A stretch of DNA of 64,000 bases from an uncultured Nitrososphaerota archaeon (GTDB taxonomy: Archaea; Thermoproteota; Nitrososphaeria; Nitrososphaerales; Nitrosopumilaceae), in the NCBI GenBank assembly GCA_963701075.1, contig OY969559.1, positions 1,024,001 to 1,088,000 on the forward strand, in the 5' to 3' direction. A program made the position numbers and the translations under genes. Under the pieces are notes generated by a model. That model made no database searches, was not told where the DNA came from, and saw nothing but the letters and a program-made list of their open reading frames with translations. Position 1 is the stretch's first letter, and every line of letters begins with the position of its first letter. Below are positions 10,651 through 21,131 of the stretch, in pieces.

Positions 10651-11004
10651 CTATCTCATTTTATCCTTGATGTCTGATACATTTCTTGCAAAGTTCTTTG
10701 CTTCGTGACCTATGTCTGCTATGGTGGAGCCATTGTAAACTTTGTCTAGATACTTACCAGCGATGATCATCGGAACACCTGCAACAGTGGTGAATGGTTC
10801 TGGAGCCAAGAATAAAATGAATCCTATCCTTTGAATCTTCTTGCCAGGTGCAGGTGCACGTTGTAGGGAACCCAGTGCTCTGGCAGTACCTCTATCATCC
10901 AAAGTTCCTAATGTAGAGTAAATCTCGGCTCGCCTTTTGATGGAATCGTTCATTTTCTTAATTTTATGAATACGCCTTTTAAGTACATCTTCCATTTGTC
11001 TCAA
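10651..11004 (-). CDS. Hypothetical membrane-associated protein
   Basis: 117-aa ORF with hydrophobic hairpin GFILFLAPEPFTTVAGVPMIIAG. Confidence 0.6.
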   Translation of the reverse strand: MRQMEDVLKRRIHKIKKMNDSIKRRAEIYSTLGTLDDRGTARALGSLQRAPAPGKKIQRIGFILFLAPEPFTTVAGVPMIIAGKYLDKVYNGSTIADIGHEAKNFARNVSDIKDKMR

Positions 11005-11104
11005 GTTCCGATATGTCTAGTTAAGATTCCATGCAAAAGATCAGTCACAATAAGGTAAAGATTTCTGATCAAAGGATTAGGTTATATCGCTTCAAGTATA
11101 ATCC

Positions 11105-11572
11105 TTGATTTATATCATGAAGGAAAAACGCAGTGAAAGACTTGAATCTATCAAGGAGGCGCATAAATCAACCAAGGGTGATTATTCGAGAGTGGAGGAT
11201 TATCTGGAAGTAATATCGGAACTTGTTGAACTAAAAGGGCATGCAAATACTATTGATATTTCAAGATATCTAAACGTCAGCGCTCCTTCTGTTACAAAAA
11301 TGCTTCAAAGACTTGATGAAAATGGATACCTAGAATATGAAAAATACAAGGGAATAAATCTGACTGCAAAAGGTAGTGCAGTAGCATATGCGATAAGGCA
11401 AAAACATGGAATTTTGCTTGAGTTTTTTAAGATGCTTGGTATAAACCACGAGATAGCAAATCAAGATACAGAAGGAATCGAACACCATCTAAATCCCCAA
11501 ACTATAAAGCAGCTTAGAAAATTCATCATGTTTCTAAAGGAAAATCCCAAAATCTTGGAAGATTTCCAGTAG
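11105..11572 (+). CDS. DtxR/MntR-family metal-dependent repressor
   Basis: EDYLEVI, VSAPSVTKMLQRL HTH, KHGILLEFF, EGIEHHL. Confidence 0.92.
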   Translation: MIYIMKEKRSERLESIKEAHKSTKGDYSRVEDYLEVISELVELKGHANTIDISRYLNVSAPSVTKMLQRLDENGYLEYEKYKGINLTAKGSAVAYAIRQKHGILLEFFKMLGINHEIANQDTEGIEHHLNPQTIKQLRKFIMFLKENPKILEDFQ

Positions 11573-13378
11573 CTAGTCACGCGTCACTATCTTAATATCG
11601 TCTTTTGACATTATCGCATTAATTATTCTCTTTCCAACACTTGATCTTTTGGCTATGATTATTCTGCCTCTCTTTCCTACTCTTGTTGCTATCAAGTGTC
11701 TATCCTTGACATAAACATCCGCACTCATTCCAGATTTGTTCTCGTCTACTTCCAATATTACATTGTTACCAGATTCTGACATTTCAAACCACTCATCCTT
11801 TTCACTAATTTCTGTTCTTGGTTCTACATCGATATGCACGCCTAGATTTTTTTCAAGCTCATTGATTGTTGAACCCCCGCGACCAATCAGCGACGGTATG
11901 GAATCTTTGTCAACTTTGACTCTTATGCTATTGTTTGAAAGAATCTCAATTTCTGCATTGGAATCAAATCGTCTGATCACATCTTTTATTTTTGATTCAG
12001 CAAGTCTCTCAATTCCACCACTTTTTGTCTCCTTTGATATTGGTATGACTATGTTTTCTTCTCCATAAGTGTAAATCTCATATTCAAGCGAATGATTCTC
12101 AAAGTTTTTAACCTCAATTACTGGCCTTGCCAAATCTTGTTCAGTCATGCCGGTGGGTACTTTGACCTTGAATTCTAATTCGTATACCTTTGAGATCTGA
12201 CCTGCTTTTACATATACCACAGTATCCAAAACATGGGGAATCATCCCCAATTCTATCTTTCCTATGAATCGCTGGATTGCGTCAAGGGGAGCATTTGCAT
12301 GTACTACGCCAACCATGCCAACTCCAGCTAACCTCAAGTCAGCAAAGACTCGAAAATCATGATATCTTCTTACTTCATCAAATATGGTATAGTCTGGCCG
12401 TACCAACAATAGTATGTCTGCCGCATTCTCAAAACTTCCGTCAAGATGCGTATACTGCGTAATTTTTTCATCTACTTGAAGATCTCTTGGTGACTCAAAC
12501 GTCTTTACAATTTTGCCTTTTTTAGAATAAAAGTCTGCAAGGCTTGATGCCAATGTACTTTTACCTGAGCCTGGTGCTCCTGCAATGAGTACCCCTTCTG
12601 CGCTTTCAGACAACCGACGCATCAGTTTTTCTGATACATTGTACTGCTCAAGTGATAGCTTGACAAGCGGATGTGTGATTGTAATCTCATAGCTACTAGA
12701 AAATGGGCGATGAGTTATTACAACTCTGAAATCCCGGAATTGAACTACAAGCGCACCAGATTTTGAAATCTCAATAACCCCAGCTTGGTTCATTCTTGAA
12801 GCTTCCAAGATCTCCGTAGTAATTCCCTCCAGGTATTCCTTTTCCAGCGTCCTGTCTTCAAGCTCCACTAAAGAAAAAGCGCCAGGTTTTCCACGTTTAG
12901 CAACAGGTTTTGCTCCTTCTTTGAGGTGAACACTCATTGTCTGGTGATCAAAATACTTTTCAAATTCAAGATCTGCTATCTTGACCTGTGGTTTTGAGTA
13001 ACTAGTTTTTACTCCTTCTGCTTGTGCAACTAGGGCTTGTACATAATCTGCCGTATAAAATGTGGCGTTATTTTTCTTTGCAATGTCCTTTATTATGGCA
13101 TCTATTCTACCATGTCTTGCCAATTTGATATCATCCATGCTTGGGCGTTCGCCTTCAAACCGAAGTACGATATTGTTTTTTTGTACCAAGTCACGAATCT
13201 TCTTTATCTCCTCCAAGCCAACAAAACCATAATCCTTGTTTTGTGAAGCTTGAGATTGAAGCTCGTCTAAAACTGCAACAGGAATAATTATTTCACAATC
13301 CTTAAGACTTCCTGATTCGATTAGCTTTGTTATCTCTCCATCTATTATGATGCTTGTATCTACTACTATCTTTTCCAT
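11573..13378 (-). CDS. PINA: PIN domain + P-loop ATPase + KH domain
   Basis: VVDTS PIN start, GAPGSGKST Walker A, RPDYTIFDEVR, KH motif IGRGG. Confidence 0.92.
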   Translation of the reverse strand: MEKIVVDTSIIIDGEITKLIESGSLKDCEIIIPVAVLDELQSQASQNKDYGFVGLEEIKKIRDLVQKNNIVLRFEGERPSMDDIKLARHGRIDAIIKDIAKKNNATFYTADYVQALVAQAEGVKTSYSKPQVKIADLEFEKYFDHQTMSVHLKEGAKPVAKRGKPGAFSLVELEDRTLEKEYLEGITTEILEASRMNQAGVIEISKSGALVVQFRDFRVVITHRPFSSSYEITITHPLVKLSLEQYNVSEKLMRRLSESAEGVLIAGAPGSGKSTLASSLADFYSKKGKIVKTFESPRDLQVDEKITQYTHLDGSFENAADILLLVRPDYTIFDEVRRYHDFRVFADLRLAGVGMVGVVHANAPLDAIQRFIGKIELGMIPHVLDTVVYVKAGQISKVYELEFKVKVPTGMTEQDLARPVIEVKNFENHSLEYEIYTYGEENIVIPISKETKSGGIERLAESKIKDVIRRFDSNAEIEILSNNSIRVKVDKDSIPSLIGRGGSTINELEKNLGVHIDVEPRTEISEKDEWFEMSESGNNVILEVDENKSGMSADVYVKDRHLIATRVGKRGRIIIAKRSSVGKRIINAIMSKDDIKIVTRD

Positions 13379-13563
13379 TATTACCTAGTCAGGCTATTTC
13401 GCACCTTTTAATCATACCTGTATTTTATCCAAATAGCATAGTTTTCAACCATAGAATGTTACAGTTAAAGAATCGATCCTATGATGGAAAAAGTACTTTC
13501 TCACAAGTTCTCATAAGAGCCTTGAAAAAAGACCCAGTCCTAAATAGATTAAAACTCGTTGAT

Positions 13564-13926
13564 CTATGAATTGAGTATTTCTGATATTTTGTGTAACACA
13601 TCCTCAAAATTAAATGGTTTTAGGATGTATGCTACAGCGCCATTTTTGACGCATTCTCTCATCGTTGCTTGATTGTCACTTGCGGTAATCATGATCACCT
13701 TGGCATCTGGTCTATGCGCTATTATCTCTCTTAATACCATAAGACCGTCTTTTTTGGGCATGGCAACATCCAAAAGCACAATGTCTGGATTTGTTTTTTT
13801 AAACTGCTCAAATGCTTCTAGGCCATTTGATGCTTCGGCTACAAACTCATGTTTGCCTATGATCAAAATATCTTTTAACACCATTCTTATGGCATCTGAA
13901 TCATCAGCTATCATTATTCTGGCCAA
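13564..13926 (-). CDS. Single-domain response regulator (CheY-like receiver)
   Basis: IADDS, LLDVAMPKKDG, MITA, YILKPF. Confidence 0.93.
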   Translation of the reverse strand: MARIMIADDSDAIRMVLKDILIIGKHEFVAEASNGLEAFEQFKKTNPDIVLLDVAMPKKDGLMVLREIIAHRPDAKVIMITASDNQATMRECVKNGAVAYILKPFNFEDVLHKISEILNS

Positions 13927-13969
13927 TTCTTACATATCCTCATGTTTGGTATTTAAGTTCAAAAGGGAT

Positions 13970-14338
13970 CTACCATTCTGATATTTGGGGAAATTTGTCA
14001 TGTACATGTTTCTTAAAATCCGAGAGATCGTAAATATTCAAACCGCTGAAGATCTTCTTCATGTCTTCAACTGTTTTGACTATGACCAAACAAGATCCAG
14101 GTAATGAACCCTCACTCATTATGTATCTCAATATGGAATCGCTTATTTTTGCCAACTCTCCAATTTTTTCTTGTCCCATCATGGGGGCTAATCCTTTAAT
14201 TTTATGAAGGTGCGCCTTGATACTCTGAGAGTTCTTGAATATGTGTTCATCATTATTGCAATGCAAGACAATTCGTTCTAACTCGTCCAATTCTGATCGT
14301 ATTTCTCGTCTTGCAACCTTTAGAAACTCGTCAGACAT
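13970..14338 (-). CDS. Standalone Hpt (histidine phosphotransfer) protein
   Basis: HLHKIKGLAPMMG motif in a four-helix bundle. Confidence 0.8.
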   Translation of the reverse strand: MSDEFLKVARREIRSELDELERIVLHCNNDEHIFKNSQSIKAHLHKIKGLAPMMGQEKIGELAKISDSILRYIMSEGSLPGSCLVIVKTVEDMKKIFSGLNIYDLSDFKKHVHDKFPQISEW

Positions 14339-14404
14339 TTTAACTAATTACCAGCTCTCTTTTATACAAGCTTTTATAGGCTTGCCTATGGCTTTCTTAT
14401 CAAA

Positions 14405-16265
14405 TTGAAGATTACGCAGAAAACATATTTGTTACTTGGGATAATAATTGGAGTTTCTGCTGTTAATCTATTTCTCCTACTTTCAATCTCTCAAGAGAAC
14501 TTGGATGTACTTCATTCCATCAGTGATGCAAGCAATCTAAAGGTCATAGTTGAGGGAATATCTGGTACAGCTAACTCTATTGCAAGCGGTAATGAAGCAG
14601 ATAGACAAACATTGGCAGATGAAATTAATGATTTTAACCAAACTTATGAGATTTTAGGAACTGGAGGAACATTTCAAGGTACCACTATAGTTGCCGCGCC
14701 ATCTGAATTACAACCAATTTATGATCAAGTTGGAAATTCATGGCAAGTCTATAGACAAGACGCTGAAAAAATCCGACAAGAATCAGTCTTTGATCCAAAG
14801 GTGGAGAACGCATTAGCGTATATTTTGGGTAAAAACGGTGACTTGATTTCATTGACAAATGGAGTTGTAAATGATCTAGCACCATTAGATAGAAATTACA
14901 ATATCCACAAGATGATTGCAACAAACATGGTAAGCATCGCGCAAGACATAGGACAAAAGACATTGTTGATTTCTATTGGTGAAGGGGGAAATGCCACTGA
15001 TGCTATAAAAAAAGATGCGATAACATTTGATGGAGATCTTAAGAATCTAGAGGGCATACCTTTGGACAGCCCTGATTATGCAAAGTATGGCATAAAGCAA
15101 GAAAATCTGCAACAAATTCCAAGGGAAAACTCTGATTCCCTGAGAAACCTTGATCCATTATGGGAAGCAGAACAATCTAAAATAGAGCATGTTGAAAATA
15201 ATACATTGATTTCAAAAGAATTTGGTTCAGCACTCATGAATCTTAATTCTCAGCGTGGCATCTTACTTGGTAACACTTCTCAATTTGTAGATGAATGGAA
15301 CAACTTCATTGACTCGGAACTGAAACAAAATATCATAATAGTTCAAGGTTTATTGATCTTAGATATTGCAGTATTTGTAACTATAATATTTTCAATTAGA
15401 AAATCATTAAAGCCGTTACAACTGCTCACAAACGCTATTGGAAGAATGAGGAAAGGCTTCTATGGAGAAAAAATTGAATATGTCTCTAATGATGAGATAG
15501 GTGATCTTGCGGAAGCTATAAACTCAATGTCTAGCACTATTCAAAAGAAAGAGGAAGAAGCTTAAGAAGATTGAAATCGCAAAAGATGAATTCCTTGCCA
15601 TGATAACCCACGAACTGAAAACGCCATTGGTTCCCATCCAAGGATATTCAGACATGCTATTGGGTGAACATCTGGGACCACTAAGCAAAAATCAGAAAGA
15701 TAGGCTGCAGGTGATTAGATCAAGTGCCGCATCTTTATTGCAATTAATATCTGATCTACTTGACGCACAAAAACTAGAACTAGGTCAACTTAGAATTAAA
15801 AAATCAAACAATGATCTAAAAGAAACAATTGAAACTACAATAGTATCTATGCAGCCACAGGCCCTTACAGATCAAATAAAACTCACGCATAATCTAAATC
15901 ACTCAATTTATGCTAATTATGATAATGAAAGAATAATACAGGTACTTACAAATCTGATTAAAAATAGTTTAAAGGCAACATTGCCTAAGATTGGAAAAAT
16001 TGAGATATCAGTCGAGGAAAATCCGAAAGAAATCATAGTGTCAGTAAAAGATAATGGAAAAGGGATCCCTAATGACGCGATTGATAATGTATTCAAGAAA
16101 TTCTATCAGGTGGATACTTCTTCTACTAGAGAGTCTGGTGGAAGCGGTTTGGGACTGTCTATATGCAAGGGAATTGTGGAAGCCCACGGTGGAGAAATAT
16201 GGGCACAAAGTAAAGTCAACGAGGGGACTGTGTTCTCATTTGTCATACCAAAAAATGAATCTTAA
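14405..16265 (+). CDS. Membrane sensor histidine kinase (helical sensor-HAMP-HisKA-HATPase), split by a +1 frameshift at ~15563
   Basis: Removing one T joins ...QKKEEEA to KKIEIAKDEFLAMITHELKTPL (619 aa); N, G1 and G2 boxes in the 3' part. Confidence 0.88.
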
Positions 16266-16307
16266 AACACTATCATAAGATAAAATACCTGCATACCAAT
16301 CTTTCAA

Positions 16308-17726
16308 GTGTTGCTGGAAGATTTTGCGGATAAAGCCGTTCAACTTGCACTTCAAAATGGAGCGCAATATTGTGATGTTAGGGCAGAGACGAGTAAAAGT
16401 AATGGCTTTTTGCTTGAAAATGGGCAGATCGAATATTTTTCATCTAAATCTGAGAATGGGTTAGGAATACGTATACTTGCAGATGGTGCATGGGGATTCT
16501 ATTCTGTATCTAATCCAAAATCGGTAGATGAATTAAAAGGGGGCGTAATTAGTGCAGTAAAAAATGCACTTTATTACGCTCAAACAAAGAAGCAAAAAGT
16601 AAAGCTGGCAGAAACTCGTGCATATGTGGATACTGTAGATTATGAGGTAATTGAAAAACCTACGATCGAAGAAATGACAAAATTGGCACTTGAATGTGAT
16701 AGAATAATTCGAGCAAGAAAGAGAATAAACAAATCATCAATTCACATGCATCATGATGTATTTCACAAATACTTTGTAAACAGTGAAGGTGCAAAAATAA
16801 CTCAGAACAATGATGATACTGTAGTACATCTATCTGCTACTGCATATGAATCTGGTCTTTCAGAAACTGTAAGTACAACCGAGGGAGGTCGTGGAGGCAT
16901 GGAAACAATTACAGGAAAAGATAATGTGTTAAAAAAGGCTAATTCCATCTCTGAAAATGCAGATAAACTAATAGATGCAAAACCTGCAAAAGAAGAGAAA
17001 ACAACTGTTGTGATGAATCCTGATTTTGTTGCGTTATTGGCACATGAAATTTTGGGACATCCATCAGAAGCTGACCGAGTACTTGGAAAAGAAATGGCGT
17101 GGGCTGGCGGTGCATGGTGGTGTGGAAAGCTTGGGACAAAAATAGGCTCAACTGAGCTTAACGTAATTGATGATCCTCTGATACACTCTAGCTTGGGATG
17201 GTACAAATATGATGATGAGGGAGTAATGGCATCTAGGAAATCACTTGTAAAAGATGGTGTTCTTGTTGGCCATATGCAGAGTAGGGAAACTGCCTCTCTT
17301 TTTAATACCATGCCAAATTCTGCAATGCGCGCTACCGGATATTCCTTTATGCCATTAATACGAATGGCATGCACTTGCATTGGTCCTGGTAATTGGGATC
17401 CTGATGAGTTGATAAGAGATGTGAAATCTGGTTATCTGATTTGTGACATGAAGGTGCCATCCATCGACATGATGCGGTATAACTGGAGCATATCCTGTCA
17501 ATACGCACAAAAAATTGAGAATGGGGAACGTAAAGAATTGTTAAGAGACGTTATTGTAATGGGAAACGCGCCCGAATTCTTCAACTCAATTGATGCAAGA
17601 GGTAAAGATTTCACTGTACGACCGATAATAAATTGCGGCAAAGGTGATCCCATGCAAATAATGAGAATGGGAAATGGTGGGCCTCATATTCGTGGTGTGG
17701 CTACCGTTAAGAGTGTGGGAGCCTAA
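16308..17726 (+). CDS. tldD: TldD family metalloprotease
   Basis: HEILGHPSEADR and CGKG motifs. Confidence 0.92.
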   Translation: MLLEDFADKAVQLALQNGAQYCDVRAETSKSNGFLLENGQIEYFSSKSENGLGIRILADGAWGFYSVSNPKSVDELKGGVISAVKNALYYAQTKKQKVKLAETRAYVDTVDYEVIEKPTIEEMTKLALECDRIIRARKRINKSSIHMHHDVFHKYFVNSEGAKITQNNDDTVVHLSATAYESGLSETVSTTEGGRGGMETITGKDNVLKKANSISENADKLIDAKPAKEEKTTVVMNPDFVALLAHEILGHPSEADRVLGKEMAWAGGAWWCGKLGTKIGSTELNVIDDPLIHSSLGWYKYDDEGVMASRKSLVKDGVLVGHMQSRETASLFNTMPNSAMRATGYSFMPLIRMACTCIGPGNWDPDELIRDVKSGYLICDMKVPSIDMMRYNWSISCQYAQKIENGERKELLRDVIVMGNAPEFFNSIDARGKDFTVRPIINCGKGDPMQIMRMGNGGPHIRGVATVKSVGA

Positions 17727-17727
17727 A

Positions 17728-18309
17728 ATGCCTAGTGAGATTGATGGCCTGAGAAAGACTGTTATTTCATGCACCTCATGTGAATTGTCCAAATCAAGAA
17801 CAAATGCAGTACCAGGTTCTGGCAGTATTAACACCGAAATAGTGTTTATTGGTGAAGCTCCAGGCCGCACAGAAGATATTCAAGGCATGCCTTTTGTAGG
17901 TACTGCAGGTAAGATACTTTCAGAAGCATTGGTATATGCAGGATTTACGCGTGAAGATGTTTACATTACAAATATTGTAAAATGTAGACCGCCTGATAAT
18001 AGGAGACCAAATAAGCAAGAAATGGATTCGTGTAATAGTTATCTACAAAAAGAACTTGAGATCATCCGACCTAAAATCATCTGTATATTGGGGAACACTG
18101 CCTTTGGTTCATTGCTAAATGGAAATGCAATAACAAAGAATAGGGGAAAAATAATTAAAAGAAATGAGCAACTATATTTTGTTACGATACACCCCGCAGC
18201 TATCATATATAATCAGGATCTGCGCCAAGTCCTAAAAGATGATTTAAAGACGTTGGCAGGCATTCTTGACAAGATAAAAAAGGGAATTCCCATAGAAATT
18301 AACGAATGA
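17728..18309 (+). CDS. udg: Family-4 uracil-DNA glycosylase (4Fe-4S)
   Basis: CxxC, GEAPG, PFVGTAG, KCRPP, HPAA; ATG at 17728. Confidence 0.94.
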   Translation: MPSEIDGLRKTVISCTSCELSKSRTNAVPGSGSINTEIVFIGEAPGRTEDIQGMPFVGTAGKILSEALVYAGFTREDVYITNIVKCRPPDNRRPNKQEMDSCNSYLQKELEIIRPKIICILGNTAFGSLLNGNAITKNRGKIIKRNEQLYFVTIHPAAIIYNQDLRQVLKDDLKTLAGILDKIKKGIPIEINE

Positions 18310-18887
18310 AGGTTATTCCACGTTCGTTTTATGGGAAAGATACCGTTGATGTAGCTAAGAATCTACTAGGAAAGATACTAGTTAGAAGAATCAACGGAAT
18401 GTCAGTCTCAGGAATTATTTCTGAAACTGAAGCCTACAGGTACAAGGATGATCCTGCCAGTCATTCATTTGGAGGTAGAACTGAAAGAAACAAAGCAATG
18501 TTTGGTGAAGTAGGAAGAGCCTATGTTTACTTTACATATGGAATGCATTATTGTGTAAATGCTGTTGCAAAATCTGAAAAATATGATGCAGGTGCAGTAT
18601 TAATACGCGCCATTGTTCCAAAGGATGGACTTGACTTTATGCTAAAGCAACGTAAAACGGACGTAATTTCTAATCTCGCAAATGGTCCTGCAAAGTTGAC
18701 ACAATCCCTCAAAATAACAAGAGCGCAATATGGAGAAGATTTGACAAAAGTATCTGGACTGTATATCACTGATGGCATAAATGTAAAAAGATCCATAATT
18801 GAATCAAGGCCTAGGATTGGAATTAAAAAGGCAGTAGATAACTTGTGGAATTTTAGTATACCGAAAAACTATTTTACAGATTATTGA
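18306..18887 (+). CDS. mpg: Methylpurine/alkyladenine DNA glycosylase (AAG family)
   Basis: ETEAY, YVYFTYGMHYCVN, AVLIRA, NGPAKL, RIGI. Confidence 0.94.
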   Translation: MKVIPRSFYGKDTVDVAKNLLGKILVRRINGMSVSGIISETEAYRYKDDPASHSFGGRTERNKAMFGEVGRAYVYFTYGMHYCVNAVAKSEKYDAGAVLIRAIVPKDGLDFMLKQRKTDVISNLANGPAKLTQSLKITRAQYGEDLTKVSGLYITDGINVKRSIIESRPRIGIKKAVDNLWNFSIPKNYFTDY

Positions 18888-20095
18888 GATGACGGTGCAG
18901 GTCTGACTTCCAAAGTAGCAGTAAGGTCAAGTGATTTTCCTTGTCTGTCAACTGTTATGGTTACCTTATCGCCTACCGATTTTTCGTCATCCAAGTAGGT
19001 AATTATGTCATCAATTGTCTTCATTGGGTGTCCGTCTATCGCAGTTATGATGTCTCCGCCGTGGGGAATGTTGTTCTCATCCAGAGTAGCTGCTATTATG
19101 CCAGCCATATCCGCCGGTCCTCCTGGTACAACCTTTTCAACTATGACACCTTTGAAGTTTCTCGCCAAACCATTAGCCAGTGAAATATCTGGATCCATTG
19201 TTCTGCCTGCTATTCCAAGATAGGGGTGTTGATACGTTCCATTTTTAATTAAAACTGGAGTTATTCTCTCAATACTATTAGATGGAATGGCAAATCCTAC
19301 CCCCGAAAAATCCCCAGTATTTGTAGAAATTGCTGTATTCATTCCTATAACTTCCCCTTGCAAATTTAACAGTGGTCCTCCTGAATTTCCTGGATTGATT
19401 GCTGCATCAACTTGGATGATGTCTGGTATTGAATAACCCACATTTTCATTAGGTAGTAAGCGTCCTATTGCACTGACTATGCCAGTGGTCATTGTATCGC
19501 TGAGGCCAAACGGATTGCCTATTGCAATCACTTGCTGACCAACTTGAATATCTGATGAGTTTCCTAATGCAAGCGGAATCAAATTCTCATCTGAAAAATT
19601 ATCAATAATCTGTATTACGGCAACATCGTTGTCTGGATCGGTTCCTACAACTTTAGCGGTGTATGTATTTCCGTCAATAAAAGTGACATTCACTGTACTC
19701 GAACCCTCTACAACATGGTTGTTTGTTATTATGCGCCCTTCTTTATCATAAATAAAACCTGACCCTAGTCTTGTTGATTGACTTGAAAGTGGTTGTCCAT
19801 TTATAATTATGGTGTTATCTACTGTGGAAACTTTACTAGTTATCTGAACAACGGAATTCTGTGTTTTCTGGAAGAGATCTGTCAGGATTGAATCTTGTGA
19901 AAAAGTTTCTGCGTTACCAGATGATACTGTAGGTTCAGGTGATCCTTGAGGTCTAGGCGGTACAGGCTGACCTACAGATCCTTGTGCCGTTGCTTGAGAT
20001 AAATCTCCAGAAAATCGGTCATTAGCATACTGAACAATAACAATGGCAGAAAGAACGGCAATTACTCCAATAAGTATCATCTCTAATTTTTTCAT
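18881..20095 (-). CDS. HtrA/DegP-like serine protease with PDZ domain
   Basis: GSGF, TNNHVV, DAAINPGNSGGPL, C-terminal PDZ; N-terminal TM. Confidence 0.94.
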   Translation of the reverse strand: MKKLEMILIGVIAVLSAIVIVQYANDRFSGDLSQATAQGSVGQPVPPRPQGSPEPTVSSGNAETFSQDSILTDLFQKTQNSVVQITSKVSTVDNTIIINGQPLSSQSTRLGSGFIYDKEGRIITNNHVVEGSSTVNVTFIDGNTYTAKVVGTDPDNDVAVIQIIDNFSDENLIPLALGNSSDIQVGQQVIAIGNPFGLSDTMTTGIVSAIGRLLPNENVGYSIPDIIQVDAAINPGNSGGPLLNLQGEVIGMNTAISTNTGDFSGVGFAIPSNSIERITPVLIKNGTYQHPYLGIAGRTMDPDISLANGLARNFKGVIVEKVVPGGPADMAGIIAATLDENNIPHGGDIITAIDGHPMKTIDDIITYLDDEKSVGDKVTITVDRQGKSLDLTATLEVRPAPSSQ

Positions 20096-20192
20096 AGTAG
20101 ATCGTTTAAAAAATAGTGTAGACCAGAATAATATTCTTTACGAAGCTTTGTTAATCTCAACATAAATATACGCACTAGTCAGTTAACACCTA

Positions 20193-20687
20193 GTGGTAAA
20201 GAAGCAAAAAAACAAGGCAAAAACTATGCCGATTTCACGTGACATGGTAATCTTTATAGTGATTGTAGTAGCGGCTGCTGGTGGAGGAATCTATTACTTA
20301 CTTAACAATTCAACGCCAGTTAACGAAAAGTTTCCAGTGTTTGCTGCTCCAACCAATATCTACATTATAGCAGTTCATGACCCAACACAAGGATATGTGT
20401 ATGAACAAGAATCTACACGTCAAGCGAAAAAGGCAGTATCTGGAGGAGTAGCTGATGCCTCAATTCATATTCCTCAAGGCATTCTGGTCTCACTTCATTT
20501 CATAAATGAAGATAAAGATACCTACGCTACTATGGACCTTAACATTGATGAGTTTAATGTACACACCAACAAATTGAGCTACTTCCAAGCACAAACAATA
20601 AACTTTCTAGCTGACAAAGAAGGAACCTACTCATACTATTCGAATTTACATCCTGAAATGAAAGGCACCATAACGGTGGATCCGTAA
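20193..20687 (+). CDS. Membrane-anchored cupredoxin-fold protein with atypical ligand set
   Basis: TM anchor; C-terminal GTYSYYSNLHPEMKGTITV matches the cupredoxin motif except Cys>Ser. Confidence 0.8.
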   Translation: MVKKQKNKAKTMPISRDMVIFIVIVVAAAGGGIYYLLNNSTPVNEKFPVFAAPTNIYIIAVHDPTQGYVYEQESTRQAKKAVSGGVADASIHIPQGILVSLHFINEDKDTYATMDLNIDEFNVHTNKLSYFQAQTINFLADKEGTYSYYSNLHPEMKGTITVDP

Positions 20688-20744
20688 TTATATTGAAAAT
20701 GTTTTTTAAAAAATACGCATCATGTAAAATGGAGTTACTAGATC

Positions 20745-21131
20745 TTGATGGATGATAAAGAACATAATTTTTCTAGAACTGATGTTCTTGACCTGATGGA
20801 TAATTTTATTGAAAGAATGCTTGAAATTCGAAGAATACTTCTCAGTGTTTCAGTCTCTGCACTAATACTTGCACCATTTGCAACAGGTCTCTCAATCTTC
20901 CTCTTAACACACCCTCGTTTTTATGCTGTTCTTGAGAGGGAGCATGAGTTTGGTACAATACTATGCGTTCTATTGGGAGTCATCATATCCGTTTCAGTTG
21001 TATGGATAGTAACAGGAGTCAGGCAGTATCTTACACTGAAATCATGGGATCAAAGATATAAAGAATATCTTAAACAAAAAGATGAAATCGACAAGAGAAT
21101 TGCATCAGACTATGGCCTAGAACAAGATTAG
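20745..21131 (+). CDS. Conserved 2-TM hypothetical protein
   Basis: Two TM helices and a charged tail. Confidence 0.75.
   Translation: MMDDKEHNFSRTDVLDLMDNFIERMLEIRRILLSVSVSALILAPFATGLSIFLLTHPRFYAVLEREHEFGTILCVLLGVIISVSVVWIVTGVRQYLTLKSWDQRYKEYLKQKDEIDKRIASDYGLEQD

Noticed and set aside
11573-13378. PIN domain as a toxin-antitoxin or defence system
   Set aside because: The PIN-ATPase-KH architecture is the conserved archaeal housekeeping PINA protein
13456-13569. 37-aa ORF MLQLKNRSYDGK... between PINA and the receiver gene
   Set aside because: No recognisable motif; cannot be supported without conservation data
16802-17380. Long antisense ORFs opposite tldD (and similar ones opposite proS, argS and the M20 peptidase)
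   Set aside because: They overlap well-supported genes on the other strand and show no protein motifs
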